Assembly (NCBI GenBank): GCA_964561495.1
Contig: CAZLPW010000004.1
Coordinates: 4,003 to 68,002 of the forward strand
Length of the DNA stretch: 64,000 nucleotides
Reading direction: 5' to 3'
DNA from: an uncultured bacterium
GTDB lineage: Bacteria; Fidelibacterota; Marinisomatia; Marinisomatales; UBA1611
In this document: positions 49,998-58,295 of the stretch, one piece after another
How positions within the stretch are numbered: position 1 is the stretch's first letter
Layout of the letters: each line of letters begins with the position of its first letter
Notes under the pieces: generated by a model
Database searches by the model: none
Told to the model about the DNA's origin: nothing
What the model saw: the letters and a program-made list of their open reading frames with translations, nothing else
Made by a program: the position numbers and the translations under genes

Positions 49998-50987
49998 ATG
50001 ACTGATAAATCTGTAAGAGTAGGTGTAATCGGGACAGGGCACCTTGGTAGTCACCATGTAAAGCATTTTGCTAAAATAAATGAAGCAACTTTAATTGGTG
50101 TTTTTGACACTGACCAGAATCGGTCCAAAGAAATTGCAAAAAAAAACAACACTAAATCCTTTTCTAATTTAAAAGCACTAATAAAACAGACTGATGCAAT
50201 TTCTATTGTGACGCCGACAGAGAGTCATGCAATGATTGCTTTAAAATGTATTAATTCAGGGAAACATATTTTTGTCGAAAAACCTATGACAAAAACAATT
50301 TCAGAAGCAGATGATTTGGTTGTTTCAGCAAAAAAAAATAATGTTATACTACAGGTTGGACACATTGAAAGACTTAACCCTGCATTAATTGCATTGAAAC
50401 CTTATCCTATAGAACCAAGATATATTGAAATCCAAAGACTCGCTCCTTATCAATCAAGAGGAACAGACATTCCTGTCGTGTTAGATTTAATGATTCATGA
50501 TATAGATATAATTCTATCTATCGTCAAATCGAAAGTAAAATCGATAAAAGCAACTGGACTATCAATACTGACTAAATCTATTGATATTGCAAATGCACGA
50601 ATTCAATTTGAAAATGGTGCAGTTGCATCAATGACTTCTAGTCGGATAGCCAAAAATAAAATTAGGAAAGTAAAAATTTTTCAAAATAAACTATATTCTA
50701 CAATTGATCTTTTGCTTGGCTTAACAGAAATTTATCAAATAAAAAGCTACACCAAAGAAAAACTAAAATCATCAACCAATTTTTTATTCGAAGTTGATAA
50801 CAAAAAAAAAATTATATCTTACAAAAAACCCTTAATAAAAAAAGAAGACGCGTTAAAATTGGAATTAATAAATTTTATTAAAAGCGTAAAAGGGAAAGAT
50901 AAGCCTATAGTAAATGGATTGGAGGGCAGGGAGGCCTTAAAAATTGCAATTCAAATCCAGGATACTATCATGAAAGATTTGAAATAG
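49998..50987 (+). CDS. Gfo/Idh/MocA family NAD(P)-dependent oxidoreductase
   Basis: N-terminal Rossmann VRVGVIGTGHLGSHH and the EKP motif (FVEKPM). 329 aa. It is the first gene of the lpxB-lpxK cluster. Confidence 0.8.
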   Translation: MTDKSVRVGVIGTGHLGSHHVKHFAKINEATLIGVFDTDQNRSKEIAKKNNTKSFSNLKALIKQTDAISIVTPTESHAMIALKCINSGKHIFVEKPMTKTISEADDLVVSAKKNNVILQVGHIERLNPALIALKPYPIEPRYIEIQRLAPYQSRGTDIPVVLDLMIHDIDIILSIVKSKVKSIKATGLSILTKSIDIANARIQFENGAVASMTSSRIAKNKIRKVKIFQNKLYSTIDLLLGLTEIYQIKSYTKEKLKSSTNFLFEVDNKKKIISYKKPLIKKEDALKLELINFIKSVKGKDKPIVNGLEGREALKIAIQIQDTIMKDLK

Positions 50988-51574
50988 TGTCCATTAAAAA
51001 ATTTTTCTTTTCTAATAGAAGCTATACTCCAATACCAATCGTATTATTTGTTTTATATAATTCAGAACCAAAAATCAAAACTGTTTTTATTGGTTTTTTA
51101 ATTTTGCTTATTGGTGAAATAATTAGAATGATTTCGGTGAGCTATGCAGGTGGAATTACAAGAACAAGAAAAGTTGGAGCCCCCTCACTTTGTTCCTCTG
51201 GACCGTATGCATATACAAGGAACCCATTGTATATTGGAAACATGTTAATATATTCAGGGATTGTTATAATATCTGGAGCAGAGAATATTATTTTTCTACT
51301 TTTTATTGTTCTTCTATTTTTTACAATTCAATATACTATGATTGTTTCTTTAGAAGAACAAACCCTTGAAAAATTATTTTCCAAACAATACCAAGCTTAC
51401 AAAATAAATGTTCCTCGAATTATTCCTCGCTTAAATCCATGGGAAAATAGTGACAATAGAAAGCCATCTTCTTTTTTAAAAACTATAAAAACAGAAAAAA
51501 GAACTTTGCAAAATATATTTTTGATTATTTGTCTTATGTTAACAAAAACCTATTGGGCAAATTTTATTTTTTAA
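50987..51574 (+). CDS. ICMT/PEMT-family integral membrane methyltransferase
   Basis: Multi-TM protein with GPYAYTRNPLYIGNML..G...... and a downstream EEQTLEKLF...Y..Y, the consensus of the isoprenylcysteine carboxyl / phospholipid methyltransferase fold. The GTG start overlaps the upstream TAG. Confidence 0.7.
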   Translation: MSIKKFFFSNRSYTPIPIVLFVLYNSEPKIKTVFIGFLILLIGEIIRMISVSYAGGITRTRKVGAPSLCSSGPYAYTRNPLYIGNMLIYSGIVIISGAENIIFLLFIVLLFFTIQYTMIVSLEEQTLEKLFSKQYQAYKINVPRIIPRLNPWENSDNRKPSSFLKTIKTEKRTLQNIFLIICLMLTKTYWANFIF

Positions 51575-51595
51575 CATTTATACTGCTAAAATAAA

Positions 51596-52711
51596 TTGCA
51601 ATCGCAACCAAAGAAATATTTTTTAATTGCTGGTGAGTCATCTGGTGATTTGCATGGGGCAAATCTTATAAAAGCAATAAAAAGTTTTGAAATCAACTCA
51701 TCCTTTATGGGTCATGGTGGAGACAAAATGTTAGATGCTGGAATGGAGATATACGAACACACAAGCAATTTAAATATTATGGGTTTTAGTGAAATTATAA
51801 CACATCTCCCAAGGATGTTTAGAATAATGGAAAAAACTAAAGAATTAATAAAAGAAAAAGCTCCAGACAAAATTATTTTGATAGACTATCCTGGATTTAA
51901 TCTTAGGTTAGCTAAAAAAATAAAACATTTAAAAATACCGATTACTTATTTTATTTTACCACAAATATGGGCATGGAACCAGAAACGTATTAATCTAATG
52001 AAAAAATATATAGATCAATCAATATCTATAATTCCTTTTGAAAAAAATTGGTTTGAATTACGAGGTCTACCAGTAAAATATGTTGGTCATCCATTTTCTG
52101 AGCCAATTTCACAAAACGAAACAAAGAAAGATCTATTAGCTAAACACGGTTTTAATAAATCAGACCCCATATTAATTTTATTACCTGGTAGCAGACAACA
52201 AGAGGTAGAAAAGCACTGGCCAGTCTTTATTAAAACAGTTTCGGATGTAAAAAAAAGAATTTCCAACTTACAAGTTTTGGTTATTTGTGCTCCCAATATA
52301 AAAATAAACAAAATTCCAAACCATATTCGAACAGAATCAAACACTAGACTCGCTTTATCAGTTGCCTCTGCAGCAATAGTTTCTTCTGGGACTGCTACTT
52401 TAGAATGTGCAGTAGAAAACATACCAATAGTTGTTTGCTATAAAATGTCTGTCTATTCTTGGTTCATAGTTAAAACATTGGCAAAACAAAAGTATATATC
52501 TTTGGTTAACCTAATAGCAAATGACAATGTAGTTAAGGAATTTCTACAATATAATTTGACAACATCAAACCTATCAAATGCAATCATACCTCTTTTAGAT
52601 AAGCAAAATAATTCAAGATTAAATATATTAAAAAAATATAAGAAAATTAGAGATCTCTTAGGTAAGCCTGGCGTTTATAATAGAGCAGCAAAACATATTC
52701 TAGAAAAATGA
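51596..52711 (+). CDS. lpxB: Lipid-A-disaccharide synthase
   Basis: F.IAGE.SGDLHGA.LI, IDYPGFNLRLAK, LLPGSR..E and SGTATLE motifs. TTG start. Confidence 0.9.
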   Translation: MQSQPKKYFLIAGESSGDLHGANLIKAIKSFEINSSFMGHGGDKMLDAGMEIYEHTSNLNIMGFSEIITHLPRMFRIMEKTKELIKEKAPDKIILIDYPGFNLRLAKKIKHLKIPITYFILPQIWAWNQKRINLMKKYIDQSISIIPFEKNWFELRGLPVKYVGHPFSEPISQNETKKDLLAKHGFNKSDPILILLPGSRQQEVEKHWPVFIKTVSDVKKRISNLQVLVICAPNIKINKIPNHIRTESNTRLALSVASAAIVSSGTATLECAVENIPIVVCYKMSVYSWFIVKTLAKQKYISLVNLIANDNVVKEFLQYNLTTSNLSNAIIPLLDKQNNSRLNILKKYKKIRDLLGKPGVYNRAAKHILEK

Positions 52712-53376
52712 AAAAAAGAAACCAAATTAAAATAAGAATACCTCTTTATTCTCTCATCGGCGATTGGATACTTAGACTAATTTACAATTCAAATACCTGG
52801 TATGTTGATGGTGAAAAAAACTATCTTAAATCATTAAAAGATGAGAAATCTGTTTTAATTAGCTGTTGGCATGGACAACTTTTATCCTGCCTTCGGTTTC
52901 TTTCAAATAATAATTATAACGCGATTGCAGGGACTCATGGAGATGCTGAAATTATATCTAGAATAGCAAAAAAATGGGGTTTTAAGCTTATCAGAGGATC
53001 AAGCAAAGAAAGGGGGGTAATTGCATTCAAAAATATAATCAGCGTATTAAAAAAATCTCCAGAACTTCTTTTTATTACTCCTGATGGACCTAGTGGCCCT
53101 GCACGAATTCCAAAAACAGGCATTGTCCGGGCTGCAAAATTAACAGGTGCAATAATTGTACCTGCCTCTGTCTATAGTACAAAAAGGTGGGGCTTTACTA
53201 ACTGGGATACCTTTTTTCTTGAAAAACCATTTGGGAAAATATATTTAAAGTTTGGCAAACCAATAGTTTTCAAAAAGAAATTTAGTGATAAGCATTGTTC
53301 AAAAATTTTAATTAATCATATGAATATTAATGAGGATTTAAATATAAAATTTGCAAAAAACCATTTTGAAAAGTAG
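52708..53376 (+). CDS. DUF374-type lysophospholipid acyltransferase family protein
   Basis: 222 aa with CWHGQLL, RGSS..G..A, ITPDGP.GP and the size and motifs of DUF374 proteins, which commonly sit beside lpxK/waaA. ATGA-coupled to lpxB. Confidence 0.7.
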   Translation: MKKRNQIKIRIPLYSLIGDWILRLIYNSNTWYVDGEKNYLKSLKDEKSVLISCWHGQLLSCLRFLSNNNYNAIAGTHGDAEIISRIAKKWGFKLIRGSSKERGVIAFKNIISVLKKSPELLFITPDGPSGPARIPKTGIVRAAKLTGAIIVPASVYSTKRWGFTNWDTFFLEKPFGKIYLKFGKPIVFKKKFSDKHCSKILINHMNINEDLNIKFAKNHFEK

Positions 53377-54448
53377 ATCTTTTATTTGGATTCTTTATCC
53401 ATTTGCTTTGTTTTATTGGATTATAGTGCTTTGTAAGAACACTTTTTACAAGTATGGTTTATTTTCTTCACGGAAACTACCTTGTTCTGTAATAAGTGTT
53501 GGGAATTTAACAGTTGGTGGAACTGGGAAAACAATTTTGGTAATTTATTTGGCAAGACTTCTCCAAAAAAAGAATAAAAAAGTGGCTATCCTAACACGCG
53601 GATATGGTCGAAAAAAGAGAGGCCACTTTTTAGTTACAGATGGACAATCAATTCTGAAAAATATTACCGCAAATCATTGTGGAGATGAGCCCTTCCTTAT
53701 GGCAAAATTCCTTAAAGAAATACCAATAATGATTGATAAAAACAGATATAGAGGTGGATTAAACCTTGTAAAGCAATTTCAACCCGATGTTATCCTTCTA
53801 GATGATGGATTCCAACATCGAAGTCTTTTTAGAGATTTGGATATAGTATTAGTAAATGCTCAAGATGAAAAATCTAATCATAAAATACTTCCAATCGGTT
53901 TATTGAGAGAGCCTTGGGAAAATATTAATAGATCAGATGTTATAATTTTAACAAAATATAATTTAAGATCAGATAACTCTTATTTATTAAAAAAATTAAA
54001 AAACACAAACAAAACTGTTATAAAAGCACAATTGATAAGCCAACTCTCTAGTTTATACAATCAATCAGATTTAGACTTTAATAAATTAATAAAAAAACTT
54101 GCTTTTGTTTTTGCTGGAATTGGGGATACAAAAAGTTTAATAAAAAGTATAAATAAATTAGGTGTAAAAATTTCTGGGACTAAGTTTTTTAAAGATCATC
54201 ATCTATATAATGAAACAGATTTAAACAATATTTATATAGAAGCAAAAAAGGTTAATGCAAAATATCTAATAACGACTGAAAAAGATTGGGTTAAAACCCA
54301 AAGTTTTATGATTGATTTCCCAATTATTATTTTGAACGCAAGCTTTAAAATAGAGTCAGAAAGTCAACTAAATAAATTAATAGATCAGAAAATTTCTGAT
54401 TTTATATCTGAGACATCCCCCAAGCAAACACAACCCCAACAAAAGTAA
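53351..54448 (+). CDS. lpxK: Tetraacyldisaccharide 4'-kinase
   Basis: VISVGNLTVGGTGKT P-loop, RGYG, GDEP and DDGFQH motifs. The start is TTG at 53351 or 53366. The last ~15 codons overlap the convergent gene. Confidence 0.9.
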   Translation: MQKTILKSRSFIWILYPFALFYWIIVLCKNTFYKYGLFSSRKLPCSVISVGNLTVGGTGKTILVIYLARLLQKKNKKVAILTRGYGRKKRGHFLVTDGQSILKNITANHCGDEPFLMAKFLKEIPIMIDKNRYRGGLNLVKQFQPDVILLDDGFQHRSLFRDLDIVLVNAQDEKSNHKILPIGLLREPWENINRSDVIILTKYNLRSDNSYLLKKLKNTNKTVIKAQLISQLSSLYNQSDLDFNKLIKKLAFVFAGIGDTKSLIKSINKLGVKISGTKFFKDHHLYNETDLNNIYIEAKKVNAKYLITTEKDWVKTQSFMIDFPIIILNASFKIESESQLNKLIDQKISDFISETSPKQTQPQQK

Positions 54449-57400
54449 GCATTAGAGGCCAACCCGTATTGACTAATTGTTTAGCACTTGGATCATTAAA
54501 TACATGTACTTGAAATTCATGAGCTGTTGTTGCACCATGTTCATCTATAGCCATTAAAACGAAATCATTCATTCCAGTTTGATTTTGTCTTGGCGTCCAA
54601 TCAATAACGGCTTTCTTTTTATCAAAATTTGCGAATTTTGGCATTCTAACAGCTCGATATGTTACTCTATCTTGATTAATATCTTCGGTAGTCATTTTAT
54701 ACTGCCATGTGTGCCCTGTAAGCCCTACTGGTTTTGGAGCTGAGATTAATGTTGGCGGATTATTTACAAAAATCCTTGCTTGTTGAATATCTGTCCGATA
54801 ACCATCGGTCACACTTACCTCAAAATTATTATAATTAATTTGAGCTGCTTTAGGAACCCATAATATTTTACCAAAGCGATCCATTTGCATACCATGTGGC
54901 CCTTTTAAAAGGTTATACTCCAAATTTGCATTTTCATTTTTATCATCAACATTTAACTGATATTTAAATAAATCACCTACTAATGCCATTCTAGGTGGGT
55001 TAGATACGATTGTGGGTATATGATTTGAAAAAATTTCAAAAGTTTGTTCATCCCTATGGTAACCGTCTGATACAATGACTGTGATCCTTTTTGTATCTAT
55101 TTGATCAATTCTTGGTGTCCATCGTATTGAACCAGAAGCATCATCAACAACCATCCCTTCTGGAAAATCAAGTAAAGAGAAATTCTTTAAACTAATTCGT
55201 TCCACTATTAGTCTAGGAGGGCGGCCTTTTTCATTGCCTTTGAAAAATTGCCATAAAAAGTCCTTGATTTTTATGGTTCGGCCATCAACATTTTCTAAAA
55301 TTACCCAAAGTCTATTATCTTCAAAGAAAACTGAATGTGTATATCTTTTCATATTTAATCGGGAAACCAAAGAGTCTTTAGGGTTTTTGGGATCTACATA
55401 GTATATAGCATCTGCATTGCTCCAATCTGATAAATAATAATCAATATTTTCTAGAACAACATCATCAGTAATATTTATTGAATACATTCTAACGCTAGAA
55501 ACATTTTCAATCTTCACAACTCGATCAAAAGTCAACAAAGAACCCTTATTCCTATCAGTCGTCATAATTTGATAAACATACTCCTCACCAACAGTTGCTG
55601 CCATTGTTGGGACAGATATTATTTTAATTGGAGCATTAACAAAAAATTCTGATTCTACTACTCTCGATTCATGGCCATCAGATATTTCAATACGCAATTT
55701 ATGAAAATCAACATTTTTTAGACTTGGCTCCCAAACTAAAAGACCACTAGTTGGATCCATCCTCATACCATCTGGCAAAATATGAGCAGTATATACTATT
55801 TGATCATTTTTATTTGGGTCTTTTATTTCCAGCTGATATTCCCAAATATCTCCAACGTTAATTTTATTCATACCAGGAGGCGCTTTTTTTATTATTGGAG
55901 GATGATTAACAAATAAACTAACAAACTCTGTATCTGTAGCAACACCATGCATAGCAACTATTGCGTAATTTACAGTATCAACCTGAACAGGGTTAGGCGT
56001 CCAAGTTAAATTCCCTTTAGGATCAATTTTCATCCCCTCAGGACCTTCAAATAATTTATATTTTACCACTTCATTTTCGCCCTGTTTCCATACTTTAACA
56101 TTGTATGTATAATTTTCACCTACTTTGGCTGAAGTAGAACCAGAAGATAAAATTCTTACACCTGCTCTTGCAAATAATTTGAAATCTTGAGCTGCTCTAC
56201 TAAAACCATCGCTAACAATTAACCTAACATCGTAAACTTCAACATGAGAACTATCAGTTACCCAGTTAAGTACACCATTTTCAATAGACATCCCTTCAGG
56301 TGCAATTTCTAATAAAAATTGAAGCTTTGCATCTTTATTTCTATCCTGAACTATAGGTTCGTATTTAAAAGTTGATCCTGCGACAAATTCGGTGTCTTCA
56401 GGTTGCGTTAAAAAGCGAGGTGGATCATTAACATATACCCACATACTTTCATCTCTACTTTCTAACACAGGAAGAGCTTTGTACTCTTGTTTTGAATCAA
56501 GTTTAACAGAGGTTGGTTCCATTATTTCTCCAACCTTCATTCTTATATGATAACTTATTTGAAAAGCATCAAGCTGTTTTGGCGTTGGTATCCAATTTAT
56601 TGCCTTCGATTCATAGTGAAAAAACATCCCTTGGGGGGGAATAGACTCCCAACGAAAACTAAAAAATTCTTCTTTATCGTTTTTTGGTAACTCAAACATA
56701 AAAGGTTTATCTGGAGTTAATACATATTTAGGCAAAATATGCTTAGGCAAACGCATCCCTACAGTTTCTTTTGGTTTGGGTTTTTTTGGTTTTTCAAGAG
56801 TTCGTTCAACTTTTTTTGGTGCCAAAACCTGAGGTTGTTCCTTAAGTACCTTTGCCTCTTCAACATCAATAAGTAATTCCCCAGGTACAAATTTTTCAGG
56901 AGACTCTCCCAAGTCTAAAATGATTTCCTCTTCTTCTTGTGGTTCCAGAGGAACACTGATTTCTGGTGATATTTCAACAAAAACATCTGGGATTACTTGT
57001 TTATCATCTTTTATACTACCTAATAGATCAGGTATTTTTTTTGAAATAAAATCAGAAGTGATTACAAAGCCTTGATCAAATTGATCTGCACGCTGTCCCA
57101 CACTAACTATATAAAGTGAATTTTCTTTTCCATTCCAGCCTGCTAATAAAACATTCCCAGTATACAAACCAGATTTTGATAATGGAATCATTGAAAAAAT
57201 TTGCGTTCCTGATGGAACATTATCCATAGAACCTCCTAACCCTTCAACCATACCATTCTTACCCGAAACTAAGGTTAGAGATTTTATATCAGATGATAAT
57301 AATAGAATATCTTCAAAACTATCTTTATTAAAATCTTCAATAGAAATTTGATTAATAGGGCCTGGGTTAACAGGAACCTCTTCAATAACAAGAGTTGCTG

Positions 57401-58271
57401 GTGTAAGAGTAAATGATATTACATCTCCAGAACTAAATGAAGCTAAAACATCAAAAAAACCATCAGCATCCCAATCGGTCAATTCTAATGATCTAGTTAA
57501 AAGACCATTCAACCCATTAATGGTTTTCCTAATCATATGGCCAGAATCAAATACACCTCCTATATTGTAAAAAGGTTGTGCCTTTAAAGTACTGCCCTCC
57601 TGACTTAATGCAATAATATCATCATATCCATCACTGTTATAGTCAACTACACCTACATACAGTAGTGAAGATCCTATTAATAATTCATCTGGCCTTACTT
57701 TTTTTGTCAGTACTAAACCTTGGTCGCTATAATCAACAACTGCGAAACCTCTAAATGGACTACCTAGAGATATTAATATTTCTTGATCACCGTCTGAATT
57801 TTGATCTAATAACTGAAAATTATTACATCTTAATGAACGATTACTTTTCCCAATATCAAGCGTTGAATTAGGTAGTTCAGAAAAAGATAGGCCATCCCAA
57901 TTATAAGAAGCAATAAACACGTGCGGATTTGTTTTATCTCCAAATCGAGAAAGATTCATCACCAATATTAGACTAGGGGAACCTCCACCAGTCAAATCAC
58001 CTATTTTAGCATCAACAAAATATCCTTCTAAACCTGGGGGCGGTGAAAATTCCCAGACCAAGTTTTGATAACCATCCTCATCCAGTTCATAATATCTAAC
58101 CACATCAGGGAAAACATCAGATTCTGGATTTAATTCTAAAGATATGAATTCCAAAAGGTTATCATTATCAATGTCATATGAACCTTCCATATGAACAATT
58201 TTTTGTCCTGATAAAATACCAGAAAACAAAAGTAACCAAATAATTAAATAAAAAACACTAAAATATTTCAT
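54402..58271 (-). CDS. Giant envelope protein: FG-GAP/VCBS-like region, seven He_PIG/cadherin-like Ig repeats and a C-terminal TM anchor
   Basis: 1289 aa with a signal peptide. Five clear DxDxDG-type loops are present: DIDNDN, DQNSDGD, DYNSDGYDD, DWDADGFFD and DFNKDSFED (aa ~30-400). A P/E/K-rich linker follows (aa ~430-510). About seven ~90-aa repeats then share the motifs P(E/D/H)GM ... (L/I)xW(T/V/E)P ... (S/T)DG (aa ~515-1262). A hydrophobic C-terminal helix, WPLMLTFVGVVFAWG, ends the protein. Confidence 0.6.
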   Translation of the reverse strand: MKYFSVFYLIIWLLLFSGILSGQKIVHMEGSYDIDNDNLLEFISLELNPESDVFPDVVRYYELDEDGYQNLVWEFSPPPGLEGYFVDAKIGDLTGGGSPSLILVMNLSRFGDKTNPHVFIASYNWDGLSFSELPNSTLDIGKSNRSLRCNNFQLLDQNSDGDQEILISLGSPFRGFAVVDYSDQGLVLTKKVRPDELLIGSSLLYVGVVDYNSDGYDDIIALSQEGSTLKAQPFYNIGGVFDSGHMIRKTINGLNGLLTRSLELTDWDADGFFDVLASFSSGDVISFTLTPATLVIEEVPVNPGPINQISIEDFNKDSFEDILLLSSDIKSLTLVSGKNGMVEGLGGSMDNVPSGTQIFSMIPLSKSGLYTGNVLLAGWNGKENSLYIVSVGQRADQFDQGFVITSDFISKKIPDLLGSIKDDKQVIPDVFVEISPEISVPLEPQEEEEIILDLGESPEKFVPGELLIDVEEAKVLKEQPQVLAPKKVERTLEKPKKPKPKETVGMRLPKHILPKYVLTPDKPFMFELPKNDKEEFFSFRWESIPPQGMFFHYESKAINWIPTPKQLDAFQISYHIRMKVGEIMEPTSVKLDSKQEYKALPVLESRDESMWVYVNDPPRFLTQPEDTEFVAGSTFKYEPIVQDRNKDAKLQFLLEIAPEGMSIENGVLNWVTDSSHVEVYDVRLIVSDGFSRAAQDFKLFARAGVRILSSGSTSAKVGENYTYNVKVWKQGENEVVKYKLFEGPEGMKIDPKGNLTWTPNPVQVDTVNYAIVAMHGVATDTEFVSLFVNHPPIIKKAPPGMNKINVGDIWEYQLEIKDPNKNDQIVYTAHILPDGMRMDPTSGLLVWEPSLKNVDFHKLRIEISDGHESRVVESEFFVNAPIKIISVPTMAATVGEEYVYQIMTTDRNKGSLLTFDRVVKIENVSSVRMYSINITDDVVLENIDYYLSDWSNADAIYYVDPKNPKDSLVSRLNMKRYTHSVFFEDNRLWVILENVDGRTIKIKDFLWQFFKGNEKGRPPRLIVERISLKNFSLLDFPEGMVVDDASGSIRWTPRIDQIDTKRITVIVSDGYHRDEQTFEIFSNHIPTIVSNPPRMALVGDLFKYQLNVDDKNENANLEYNLLKGPHGMQMDRFGKILWVPKAAQINYNNFEVSVTDGYRTDIQQARIFVNNPPTLISAPKPVGLTGHTWQYKMTTEDINQDRVTYRAVRMPKFANFDKKKAVIDWTPRQNQTGMNDFVLMAIDEHGATTAHEFQVHVFNDPSAKQLVNTGWPLMLTFVGVVFAWGMSQI

Positions 58272-58295
58272 GTTAGTTTTTATTTTCTCGTTTTA

